This document shows, in pieces, positions 48,411 through 61,097 of a stretch of 64,000 nucleotides of DNA. The notes beneath the pieces are model-generated. The model made no database searches. It was not told where the DNA came from and saw only the letters and a program-made list of their open reading frames with translations. The stretch spans positions 147,996,001 through 148,060,000 of the forward strand of contig CM059431.1 in NCBI GenBank assembly GCA_030390025.1. The letters run 5' to 3'. Position numbers and translations under genes: made by a program. Positions within the stretch are counted from its first letter, which is position 1. Every line of letters begins with the position of its first letter. Origin of the DNA: Squalus acanthias (taxonomy: Eukaryota).

Positions 48411-51400
48411 TATGACATCTCCTCAGGACTCTAGCCCCAGCATGGTGCAAGTGAAGCCCGTCCAAACGGAACAGCTCCCTCTTATCCCAGTACTGGTGAC
48501 AGTGCCCCACAAATCGAAACCCATTTCTCCCACAACAGTCTTTGAGCCACTCGGTCATTTCTCTGATCTTATTTACCCTATGCAAATTCGCTCGCGGCTC
48601 AGTTAGTAATCCAGAGATTATTACCTTTGTGGTTCTGCTTTTTAATTTAACCCCTCGCTGCTCATACTCTCTCAGCAGAAACTCTTTCTTTGTCCTACCT
48701 ATATCATTGGTACCTCCGTGGACCATGACAACTGGATCTTCCCCCTCCCTCTGCAAGTTTCTCTCCAGCCCAGAGTCCTGGCAAATCGAATAACTGAGGC
48801 TGTACAGAGGGCTTTAAACTAAATAGTGGGGGGGAGGATCCAGATGAGCGGGAAAATAAAAAAGTCTATAAAAATGAGAAAGCAATAGAGCAGGCTGGAG
48901 ATGGGTGAAATAACAACTAGAGTATGACAGGAAGGGACAGAATGATTAAAAATAAGAGTGTAACAGAAAAAAAGGCCTAAACATGGAAAAATGGTAAGAA
49001 GAGAAAGTTAAAAGCTCTATATCTGAATGCACGCAGCATTCGTAACAAGATAAATGAGTTGACGGCACAAAAAGATATAAATGGGTATGATCTGATCGCC
49101 ATTACAGAGACGTGGTTGCAAGGCGACCAGGGCTGGGAACTGAATATTCCAGGGTATATGATAATTCAGAAGGATAGAAAGAAAGGAAAGGGAGGTGGGG
49201 TGACTTTGTTGGTAAAAGATGGGATCAGTGAATTGGTGAGAAGTGATATTGGCTCAGAAGACCAAGATGTAGAATCGGTTTGGGTGGAGATAAAAAATAT
49301 TATTGGGTAAAAGTCTCTGGGGGGGCGGAGGCGCGTAGTCTACAGGCCCCCGAAGAGTAGCAATGCTGTTGGACAGAGTATAAATCAACAAATAATGGAG
49401 GCCTGTAAAAAAGTGGTACGGTAATAATCATGGGTGATTTTAATCTCCATATTGAATGGACAAATTAAATTGGCCATGGTAGCCTGGAGAAGGAGTTCAT
49501 AGAGTGCATCCGGGATGTTTTCCTAGAACAGTATGTCATGGAACCAACCAGGGAGCAGGCTATCTTGGATCTGGTACTATGTAATGAGACAGAATTTATA
49601 AATGATCTCATAGTAAAGGATCATCTAGCAAAGAGTGATCATTGCATGGTTGAATTTCAAATTCAGCTGGAGGTTGAGAAAGTTGTATCCCAAACCAGTG
49701 TCCTGATCTTAAACAAAGGCAATTAAAATAGCATGAGGGCAGAACTGGCTAAAGTGGACTGGAAAAACAAATTACAGGGTAAGAAAGTTGAAATGCAGTG
49801 GCGGACATGTAAGGTGATGTTTCATAACTCTCAAGAAAAATATATTCCAGGGAGAAAGAAAGATTTTAACAGAAGGGAGCACCATCCGTGGCTAACTAAG
49901 GAAGTAAAGGATGGTGTCAAATTGAAAACGAAGGCATACAATGTTGCCAAGATTGGTGGGAGACCAGAGGATTGGGACATGTTTAAAAACCAGCAATGGA
50001 TGACTAAAAATATAATAAAGAGAGAGAAGATGAATTATGAGAGTAAGCTGGCAAGAAACATTAAAACAGATAGTAAGAGCTTCTACAGGTATATAAAAAG
50101 GAAGAGGGTAGCTAAAGTAAATGTTGGTCGCTTAGAGGATGAGACTGGGGAATTAATAATGGGGAACGGAAAAATGGCAAGACTTTGAACAAATATTTTG
50201 CTTCTGTCTTCACTGTAGAAGACACTAACAACATCCCAATAATGGACAAACAAGGGGCCATAGGGAGGGGGCAACTAAAGACATTCACTATCACTGAGGA
50301 AATAGTACTTGGTAAAATAATGGGACTAAAAGACGACAAGTTCCCTGGACCAGATGGCCTGCATCCCAGGGTCTTAAAAGAAGTGGCTGCAGAGATAGTG
50401 GATGCATTGGTTGCAATATACCAAAATTCCTTGGACTCTGGAGAGGTCCCAGCGGAATGGAAAACCGCTAATGTAACACCCCTATTTAAGAAAGGAGGGA
50501 GACAGAAAGCAGGAAACTATAGACTAGTTAGCCTAACATCTGTCGTTGGGAAAATGCTGGAGTCCTTCGTTAAGGAAGCAGTAGCCGGGCATTTAGAAAA
50601 ACATACTGCAGTCAAACAGAGTCAGCATGGTTTTAGGAAAAGGGACTCAAGTTTAACAGATTTGCTGGAGTTCTTTGAGGATGTAACAAGCAGGGTGGAC
50701 AAGGGTGAGCCAGTGGATGTGGTGTATTTGGATTTCCAGAAGGCATTCGATAAGGTGTCACATAAAAGGTTACTGCATCAGAGAAGAGGTCACGAAGTTG
50801 GGGGTAATATATTAGCATGGATAGAGATGGGCTAACTAACAGAAAGCAGAGAGTGGGGATACATGGGTCATTTTCTGGTTGGCAAACGGTAACTAGTGGG
50901 ATGCCACAAGGATAGGTGCTGCGGCCCCAACTATTTACAATCTACAGTAATGACTTGGATGAAGGTATCGAGTGTAATGTAGCCAAATTTGCAGATGATA
51001 CCAAGATGGGCGTGAAAGCAAGTTGTGCAGAGGACTCTAAGTATCTGCAAAGGCATATAAACAGATTAGGTGAGTGGGAAAACATTTCACAGATGGAGTA
51101 TAATGTGGGAAAGTGCGGGGTTATCCACATTGGCAGGAAAAATAAAAAAGCAAGCTATTATTTAAATGGAGAGAGATTACAAAATGCTACAGTTCCGAAG
51201 GACTTGGGGGTCCTTGTGCATGAAACACAAAACGTTAGTATGCAGGTTCAGCAAGGGGGTTGGTGTATAATAGCAGGGAAGTCCTGCTACAACTGTACAA
51301 GGTATTGGTGAGACCACACATTGAGAACTGCGTACAGTTTTGGTCTCCTTATTTAAGGATGGATATATTTGCATTGGAGGCAGTTCGGGGACGATTCACT

Positions 51401-51900
51401 AGGTTAATTCCAGAGATGAGGGTTTTGACATATGAGGCAAAGTTGAGCAGGCTGGGCCTATAATCATTGGAATTTAGAAAAATGAGAGGTGATCTTATCG
51501 AAACATTTGATCTTATCGAAACATTTGAGATTCTGAGGGGGCTCGACAGGGTAGATGCAGAGAGGATGTTTCCCCCCATGGGAAAATCTAGAATTTGGGG
51601 GCACAGTCTCAGAATAAAGGGTCGCCCTTTTAGAACTGAGATGAGGAGGAACTTCTTCTCTCAGAGGGTCGTAAATTTGTGGAATTCTCTGCCCCAGACA
51701 GCTGTGGAGGCTGGGTCATTAAACACATTTAAAGTGCAGATAGACACATGTTTGCAAGATAAGGGAGTGAAGGGTTATGGGGAGCGGGCTGGGAAGTGGC
51801 TTTGAGCCCTAGATGAGCCATGATCGTATTGAATGTCTGAGGAGGCTCGTGGGGTCAAGTGATCCATTCCTGCTCCTATTTCTTATGTTCTTATGTTCTT
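48411..51900 (+). mobile_element. Decayed CR1/HER1 LINE, paralog of 26458-29915
   Basis: Endonuclease and RT fragments, same 5' truncation point; 48425-48775 is inverted. Confidence 0.92.
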
Positions 51901-52043
51901 CTACCCATAGTCATACTTAGCACAAAGGAAGATGGTTGTGGTGGTTGAAGGTCAATCATCACAACCCCAGGACATCGCTGTAGGAGTTCCTCAGGGCAGT
52001 GTCTTAGGCACAACCATCTTCAGCTGCTTCATCAATGACCTTC

Positions 52044-53669
52044 TGTAAGGGGTGACGTGTGGCTCTGTGCTTAGCCTGGGTGCTAGTGCGGGGTTAGGCC
52101 TTGTTGCCTGTTCTGGTCTCCAGCCAGCCTGCTAACACTAGACACATGTGAGTGGTTCGACCCACTCGCCCTTACGGTTCTGCCACTGGACTTAAGTGCG
52201 AGAGCAATAATGCAGAGAAAACTCAGGTAGACCCGGTTGAATAGTGCGAAATGTAAAATCTTTATTGCATATTATTCAAGATTACGAAATACATGTCATA
52301 AGCACAGATTAATGACAGTACAAACTTACATACATTTATGCAACTAGGTTTAGGGAAACGAGGAGCGCACGACACATCGTAAAAAGGGACACACATTATA
52401 ATTATCTTTAAAACTTAAACCCTCCCCTATCAATACCTGTCCTAATCTAGATTTGTAGGATCGTGACTCATGCTCACCACTCGTGATAACTCGGAGAATT
52501 CCGAAACTCTGCTCGGATGTGTTTACCGCAGCACCTGACTATCCACATGTTGATCAGGGGTCTCTGTACCCCACTTGTTTACTCGCTTCTGCTCCGGCTA
52601 GCAGGCTGGACCGTCTGCTGTCATGAAGATCTGTGTTGACCTCGGAGTTCTGATACTTCTCAAAAAAAGTGTCTTCCTGTGTCCTACACCAGTTGTCGGT
52701 AGAACTCGAAGAATAGTCTTCTCGGGCCAGTTGTGGAGTAGCCGATAGAATACGAAAATGGTCCTTATATTTTTAGGCGCGGTCGGGGCTTACTGACCGC
52801 GGCGACACGTGTAGTCTTCTTCTCATCTCATCTCATCTCATCTCATCTCGGGCCTTCGGTTCCAACACCGTTTACCGACTCCTCGGGATGGTGCGCTCGC
52901 TTCCAGGCCTTCACAGCCCAGTTCTCCACAGATCTTCGCGGCAAGCCACGAGGTTGATCCTAACGGATCAGAGTCCAGAGTCGTCAGGCAAGAGAATAAG
53001 AGTGCAGCAGGCTTCCAGCGAGTCAAAGCAGCAAGAGAAAGATGGACGGTTGTACTTTACAGTTATAGTGCTGTAATTCCCATTTTCCCGCCCAATCTTA
53101 ATGTCTATCTTTTGTCAGGTTTTGGCGCTCAAAACTTCTTGTATGGGGTGATCTCAGTCTTTAATGGCTTTCGGTGACACTTGTAACTGTCTGAGTACCC
53201 GTTAATATTTTTCCCATTGTGGAACCGGCTAGTAGTCTCCCTGGAGGGGTTTTGGGGCTTCCAAATGCTTGCTGTGAGTACCTGCGAACGGCTCTCTCAT
53301 CGTAGAGCCGTGGGGATTTTGCATATTAATTTCTTTGGATGGGTCCTTGATCGCCCAGTGCAATAGCCCTTGTTTGCACCTGGAAGACCGATTCCAGTAT
53401 TTATGTTTAAAATGCAAACCCATCGCGTCTTGTCATTATCTCAAATGTGTTGAGTCCTGTCCGATCTCGCTGAAATGTTTATTGAAACGCCATCTTGTCT
53501 GCCTACTGAAAGTCTAGAACTTTCTGCCACGAGGCGTGGCGGCCATTTTACAGGCTGTTTGTGTCCGTTTTGAAACCTGACAGCATTCTGCTGAAATAAA
53601 GCTGTTTATACGAAACTTTATGTCTCCTTCTTATTATTATAAAATCGCAATAATTTTGCGAATTCTACA
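52044..53669 (-). mobile_element. Solo LTR, family 2, 1626 bp
   Basis: TGTA...TACA ends, 4-bp TSD CTTC (52040-52043, 53670-53673), TTTATT at 52261; empty site in arm A near 26318. Confidence 0.88.
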
Positions 53670-55873
53670 CTTCCCTCCAACATAAGGTCAGAGATGGGAA
53701 TGTTCGCTTTATACTGCAAAGTGTTCAGTGCTCTTCACAACTCCTCAGATAATAAAGCAGTCCATGCCCGCATGCAACAAGATCTGGACGACGTTCAGTC
53801 TTGAGCTGATAATTGGCAGATAACATTCGACCCACAGAAGTGTCAGGCATAGACTAACTCCAACAAGTGAGAGTCTTACCACCGCTCCTTGACATTCAAT
53901 GGCATTACCATCGGCGAATCCCCCACCATCAACATGCTGGGGCTCAACATTGACCAGAAACTTAACTGGATCAGCCACCAGAATACTGTGGCAACAAGAG
54001 CAGGTCAGAGGCTGGGTATTCTGCGGCGAGTGTCTCACTTCCTGAATCCCCAAAGCTTTTCTACCATCCACAAGGCACAAGTTAGGAGTTTGAGGGAATA
54101 CTATCCACTTGCCTGGATAAGTGCAACTCCAGCAACACTCAAGAAGCTCGGCACCATCCAGGACAAAGCAGCCCGCTTGTTTGGCACCCCATCTACCACC
54201 TTAAACATTCATTCCCTCCACCACTGGCGTACCGTGGCTGCAGTGTGTACCGTCTACAAGATGCACTGCAGCAACTCGCGAAGGCTTCTTCGGCAGCACC
54301 TACCAGTCCTGCAACCTCCTCCACGTCGAAGGACAAGGGCAGCAGGCTCATGGGAATTCCACCACCTGCAAGTTCCCCTCCAAGTCACACACCATCCTGA
54401 TTTAGAATTATATCACCGATCTTTCATCATCGCTGTGTCAAAATCCTGGAACTCCCATCCTAACTGCACTGAGAGAGTACCTTCACCACACAGGACTGCA
54501 GCGGTTCAAGAGGGCGGCTCACCACCACCTTCTCAAAGGCTGTCACGGATGGGCAACAAATGCTGGCATTGCCAGCGACACCCACATTCCATAAACGAAT
54601 AAAAGAAAATACATTATAACCCTTTATAAATCACTATGACCATTAACAAAACTTCATAACAATTTATAAATCATTATGACCATTAATAAAACATTATAAC
54701 CCTTTATAAATCATTATGACCATTAATAAAACATCATAACCCTTGGTCATACCTAGCACAAAGCAAGGTGGTTGTGGTGGTTGAATGTCACTCATCACAG
54801 CCCCAGGACTTCGCTGCAGGTTTCCCTCAGTGCAGTGTCCTAGGCCAAACCATCTTCAGCTGCTTCATCAATGACCTTTCCTCCAACATAAGGTCAGAAA
54901 TGAGGATGTTCGCTGATGGCTGCACAGTGTTCAGTGCCATTCACAACTCCTCAGATAATGAAGCAGTCCATGCCCGCATGCAACGGGACCTGGACGTCGT
55001 TCAGGCTTGGGCTGATAAGTGGCAGTTAACATTTGCGCCACACAATTGCCAGGCAATGACTATCTCCATCAAGTGAGAGTCTAACCACCGCCCCTTGAAA
55101 GTGAATGGCATTACCATCGCCGAATACCCCACCATCAACATCCTGCACGTCACCATTTACCAGAAACGTAACTGGTGCAGCCACTTGAATACTGTGACAT
55201 CAACCAGGACAAAGCAGCCCGCTTGATTGGCACCCCACCTACCACCTTAAACATTCACTCCCTCCACTACCAGCGTAACATGGCTGCAGTGTGTACCATC
55301 TAGAAGATGCACTGCAGCAACTCGCCAAGGCTTCTTCGGCAGCGCCTCCCACCCGCAACCTCTTCCACCTAGAAGGACAAGGGCAGCAGGCGCATGGGAA
55401 CACCACCACCTCCATGTTCCCCTCCAAGTCACACACCATCCTGTCTTAGAATTATATCACCGGTCCTTCCTCATCACTTGGTCAAAATCCTGGAACTCCC
55501 TCCCTAACAGCACTGTGAGAGTCCCTTCACCACACCGGACTGCAGCGACTCGCCACCACCTTCTCAAGGGCAATTAGGGATGGGCAACAAATGCTGGCCT
55601 TGCCAGCGACACCCATATTCCATAAACGAATAAAATAAAATAATACATTATAACCCTTTATAAATCATTATGACCATTATTAAATCATTTTTTATTCATT
55701 CTTGGAATGTGGATGTCGTTGGCAATGCCACCATTTATTGTCCATCCATAATTGTCCTGGAGAAGGTGGTGGTGAGCCACCTTATACAACTGAGTGGCTT
55801 GCTAGGCCATTTCAGAGGGCAGCGAAGAGACAACGACATTGCTGTTGGTCTGGCGTCACATTGTGGACACAAT

Positions 55874-56637
55874 GGGCTGGATTTTGATACTGGGGCGGGT
55901 TGGGGTCGTGTCATCCGCATTTCGTGTTATCCACCCGACTGCAATTGGTTGTGGGAGATTGATGCAATTTTCACCTATTTGAGTTCAAGCATGTGGGAAC
56001 CCATGAACCAATTAGTGTTTTCAGTCTGAAAGTCGCCTTTGATGATGTCATCTTTGCTGCTGCATTGAAGGTCAGAGACTGTCTGGCCTTTGCTGTGAGA
56101 GGACCTGGATGCAAAATGTGCAAGAGAGAGCGAGAGAGAGAGAGAGAGATAGAGAGATTGAGATTTGTTGCATCCAGGTCCTCTCATAGCAAAAGCCAGG
56201 CAGTCTCCGAAGACCTTCAATGCAGCAGCATCAGAGGCGACTATCAGACCTAATACTACGACTACATTCATCACATCTCCGTTGTAATAGTGGACCTGTA
56301 GCTCATAGTCAGCTATCCAAATGCGCTCCCGCCAGGTTTCACCATCGTGGTTCAGAACAGGCGTGCTTCACGTAGATCAAGGGTTAAAATCAGAAAGGCC
56401 TTTCCAAATGGCATTATAGAGCCAATTTAGTGCTTGTTACGGGCCTTAACAGCCTATCCCGTCTCTTAAAGGCGGGATGGAGTCGGGACCATCAGACACG
56501 ATTTAATGAAAATTGCGTGTAGGCGGGATGGAGGCGGACTTGTGCCCGCCCGCCAGTTTTCGCAATTTTACCCCCCCCCCCCCGCCCCCCACACACGCCA
56601 CCAAACCCGCCTGCACGGGTCAATGAAAATCCAGCCC
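55874..56637. mobile_element. Harbinger-like MITE with a long internal hairpin
   Basis: TIRs GGGCTGGATTTT / AAAATCCAGCCC; 3-bp flanks AAT/AGT; empty site in arm A near 24128. Confidence 0.82.
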
Positions 56638-57370
56638 AGTCTATAAGGACGGCAGATTTCCTTCCCGAAAGGACAATAGTGAACCAGATGTGTTTTTACG
56701 ACAATCCGGTAGTTTCATGGTCACCATTACTGATGCAATCTTTTTTCCAGATTTGTTTGATGAATTGAATCTAAATTCTTCAACTGGTGGGATTTGAACT
56801 CAGGATTATTCGTCCCGGCAACTTATTTACTTGTCCAGCAAATTAACCACTATGTAACTGTAGCCTTCAAATATATCGCTGCTCCTTCATCGGGACTGTG
56901 TCAAAAGCCTGAAATTCCTTCCGTAACAGTAACACCTTCACCACACGGTCTGCAGCGGCTCACGATGAAGGCCCAGCATTTGCTCATGGGTAACTAGGGA
57001 TGGGATTGTAAATCCGGTCTTGACAGCGTCACCCATATCCTGAGAACAAATAAATATAAATAATAAAATGGGATTAAAATCACTGATGTTGAAATTCACT
57101 GATTGAAACCAGGCGAGGCCTGTGATCAGAATGGGTCGTCATGGTCCGCCAAACAAATTGTCAGCACAACTTGCCTCACCAATTCTATGGTTTTATGATT
57201 GATAATACTCACACTGTGCCAATTTCCCTATCCTTTCAAAAGGTGCTTGATAAAGTACCACCTATTACCAAAGTTGAAGCCCTTGGGATTAAAGTGGCAG
57301 TGGCAACAGTGCGAGGTATATTAGTATTACAGTGAGTGCTGTGGAGAGTAACAGTCCAGAGTATGGCATG

Positions 57371-57900
57371 TATCAGAGTGTTACAGTGAGGGGTGTGGGG
57401 TATATCAGAGTGTTAGAGTGAGGGGTGTGGGGTATATCAGAGTGTTACATTGAGTAGCGTGGGGTATATCAGAGTGTTACATTGAGGGGCTTTGGATATA
57501 TCAGAAGATTTCAGTGACGGGTGTTGGGTATATCAGAGTGTTACATTGAGTAGTGTGGGGTATATCAGTGTGTTAGAGTGAGGGGTGTGTGTTATATCAG
57601 AGTGTTACATTGAGTAGTGTGGGGTATATCAGAGTGTTACATTGAGGGGCTTGGGGTATTTCAGAGTATTTCAGTGAGGGGTGTGGGGTATATCAGAGTG
57701 CTACAGTAAGGGGTATATCAGGGAGTTACAGTGAGGGCTGTCGGGTATAGCGGTCTGGTAAAGTGAAGGGTGGGTTTGCTATAACAGAGTGTTATTGTCA
57801 GGGGAGTGGAATATATCAGAGTGTTACATCGAGAGGTGTGGGCTATATCTGAGTGTTACAGCGAGGGGTGTCCGGTATTTCAGTGTTATAGTGACGGATG
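57371..57900. repeat. 32-bp minisatellite; resumes at 60718-61015 after a CR1 insertion
   Basis: Unit TATCAGAGTGTTACAGTGAGGGGTGTGGGGTA. Confidence 0.9.
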
Positions 57901-57904
57901 CGTG

Positions 57905-60718
57905 GTAGATTCCAACAAGAAGGAAGGGGAAGGGAAACAAAGCAAGGGCTCCTTGGATGATGAGGTAGATAGAGAAGATGATGAAATAAAAAAAGAGGGT
58001 GTATGATGCATGTCAGGCGAATTCTTCAAGGGAGAACCATATCAAATACAATAAGTTGAGATGATGATATAAATACAATGGCCCAGAAATTCGGGTCGGA
58101 GGCTTCCCGCATGTGCAAGCATAGCTGGTGCACTTACATAGCGTGCCTGCTGCTGTGCTGTGGGCCCGCATGGGATTCCAATCCTGGGCCTCCTCCAGCT
58201 GCCGGTGTGCAGTGCACACGTATCCCAACAACGAAGCACGTTCGCAGCATCTCCTGGGATCACGTGGGCCATGGGGAGCCAATCGGAGCAGGGAATCTCC
58301 ATTCATAGATTTGACAGGAAGACCTGACAAATCTATGAATAGAGATCGGCCCCAAAACCTAAGTAAAAGTTCAAATATATATATTTTTTAAAAATCACTT
58401 TTTTTAATATAACTATAAATTAAATAAATTAACGACTTTAAATAAAAATTTTAACTTTTGGAAACATTTATTAAAGTTTTTAACGGGGCTAAAAATAAAC
58501 TTACCTTTCTTTAAAGTATTTAAAAATGATAAAACTGCGGAAAAATTGTTTCAATTTTACTTAATTCACCTCTTAACTTGTTAAAAGCAAGCCTTGCGCC
58601 TGCTTTTTCCACGCGCAGCTGCTAGGGACTTACCCGCAGGAGAAACCTGTAAAAAAAGATGAAGTTTGATGCGTACGCGCTGCCTCTGCGGCGCACGTGT
58701 TTGACGTGTGAAACCCTTCCTTCAAGGGAATGGAAGGTCCGGTTTCCCGCGTATGCGCATAGCATGCACAAAACCGTCACTTTCGTTGGCCTTACGGGTG
58801 TGTACACAACGCGTACTCACCCGTGGAGACGCAAAATTTCTGGACCAATAAGTGAAGATGGAAATAAGATTGGCAAAGAGAGAATATGAGAGTAAATTGG
58901 CGATTAAAATAAAAGGGAACCCAAAAATCTTCTACTGGCATGTAAACAGTAAGCGGGTAATAAGAGGCGGGGTGGGGCCTATTAGGGACAAAGAACGTGA
59001 TATATGCTTAGAGTTGAAGGGCACGGCTAGAATACACAATGACTACTTTGTATCGGTGTTTACTAATGTAGTGGATGCTGACAAAATATCGGTAGAAGTG
59101 GAAAAGGTAGAAGCAATGGAAGGGCTGATAATTGACAGACAGGATGTACTAGAAAGGCTGGGTATGCTTAGAGTTTATAAGTCGCCTTGTCCAGATGGCT
59201 TGCATCCCAGGTTACTAAGGGAATGTGGGGAGGAGCTTGCCATAAATTTCCAATCTTCCCGAGATGCGGGGGAGGTGCCTGAGCATTGGAAACTGGCAAA
59301 TGTGACACCATTGTTCAAGAAAGGGTGTAAGGACAATCCAAGTAACTACAGGCTGGTCAATTTAACATCAGTGGTGGGTAATGTTTCAGAAACAATAGTC
59401 AAGGAAAAACTAGTGTGCACTTGGCTAGGTTTAAGCTAATTACGAAGACCCAACACGGATTTGTAAAAGACAGTTCGTGTTTGACTAATGCAATTGAATT
59501 TCTTGATGAAGTAACAGGGAGGAATGATGAAGGGAATAAAATGGACGTTGTCTACATGGATTTTAGGAAGGCGTTTGACAAAGTACCAGATAGTAGGCTG
59601 ATTAACAAAATTGAGGCTCATGGAATAGGTGGGTCAGTGACAGATTGGATAAGGAATTGACTTAAGGACAGAAAACAGCGAGTTGTGGTAAATGGCTGTT
59701 TTTCAGAATGGAGGATGGTACACAGTGGTGTCCCCCAATTGTCACTGCTGGGGCCACAGCTTTTTTGATACATATAAATTGCTTGGATATTGGAATACAG
59801 AGTATAATTTCTAAATTTGCTGATGACACCAAACTTGGCAAACAGTGAGGATGATACCAATCGATTGCAACAGGCCATAGAAAGGCTATCAGAATGGGCA
59901 GACAAGTGGCAGATGGAGTTTAATACAGAGAAAAATGAGGTGATGCATTTTGGCAGAGGGAACAGGGAAAGGCAATATTCAAATAATTGCATAGTTTTAA
60001 TGAGTATGCAGGTACAGAGGGACCTGGGAGTTAATGAGCATAGGTCCCTGAAGGTGGCAGCAGATATTGAGAGAATGGTTAGCAAAGCATTTGGGAACTT
60101 GGGCTACATAAATAGAGGTATTGAGGAGAAAAGTAGAGAAGTTATGCTGAAACTTTATAAAGCGCTGGATAGGCCACAACTGGAGTATTGCATCCATTTA
60201 TGGTCACCACCCTATAGGAAGGATGTGAAGCCCTTGAGAGGGCGCAGAGGAGATTTACCAGAATGGTTCCGGGGATATGGGATCTTAGCTACAAGGACAG
60301 GTTGGAGAAACTGAATTTATTGTCATTAGAGCAAAGGAGGTTGAGGGGTGATTTGTTAGATGTGTACAAGATTAGGACGGGTTTGGATAGGCTAGACAGA
60401 GAAATGCTGTTCCCACTAGTTGATGGTACAAGGACTATGGCACGCAGATTCAAGGTTTTGGGCAAGAGATACAAACTGTTTTATGCAGCTAGTGGTGAAG
60501 ACCTGGAACTCGCTGCTGACAGAAGTGGTGGAAGCAGAGACACTCAATGTTTTCAAGGGGAGACTGGATAGGCACTTGAGGGAAATACATTTGCAGGGCT
60601 ACGGGGATAGAGCGGGTGGATGGGGCTGACTGGATTGCTCTACAGAGAGCCGGCACCGAGTCGATGGGCCGAATGGCCTCCTTCTGTGCCATTATGACAC
60701 GATGACTCTATGACTCTA
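57905..60718 (+). mobile_element. Decayed CR1 LINE, same family as 4195-5656, interrupted by a MITE
   Basis: RT fragments (YRLVNLTS, QHGFVK, YMDFRKAFDKV); (ATGACTCT)n tail. Confidence 0.9.
58080..58846. mobile_element. Harbinger-like MITE, 767 bp
   Basis: TIRs GGCCCAGAAATT / AATTTCTGGACC; 3-bp TSD AAT (58077-58079, 58847-58849). Confidence 0.85.
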
Positions 60719-61097
60719 TATCAGTGTTACAGTGAGGGGTGTGGAGTATATCCGTGTTACAGTGAGGAGTGTGGGGTACATCAGTGTTACAGTGAGGAGT
60801 GTGGGCTACCGACGTCTGCTACAGTAAGGGATATGAGGTATATCAGAGTGCTACAGTGATGGATATGTGTTATTTCAGTTTTACAGTTTGGGTGTGTGGT
60901 ATATCAGAGTGTTACATTTTGGATGTGGGGAATGTCATAGTGTGACCGTGAGAAGTCTAGGGGATATCAGAGTGATAAAGTGACTGGTGTGTGTTATATC
61001 AGATTGTTACAGTGAAGGAAGTCCCTTTTTTTGTTTTACAATAACACATCAGTATTGAGAGTCTGAACTATATAAAACGAAGGGATTATTCTGGCCA

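Larger units (their letters stand above)
47837..57380 (+). repeat. Arm B of the inverted segmental duplication
   Basis: Reverse complement of 23382-30546 plus arm-specific LTR, MITE and micro-inversion. Confidence 0.9.

Noticed and set aside
23382..57380. Giant DNA transposon with the arms as TIRs
   Set aside because: No transposase or integrase, no TSD or defined outer termini; the arms are mosaics of decayed retroelements.
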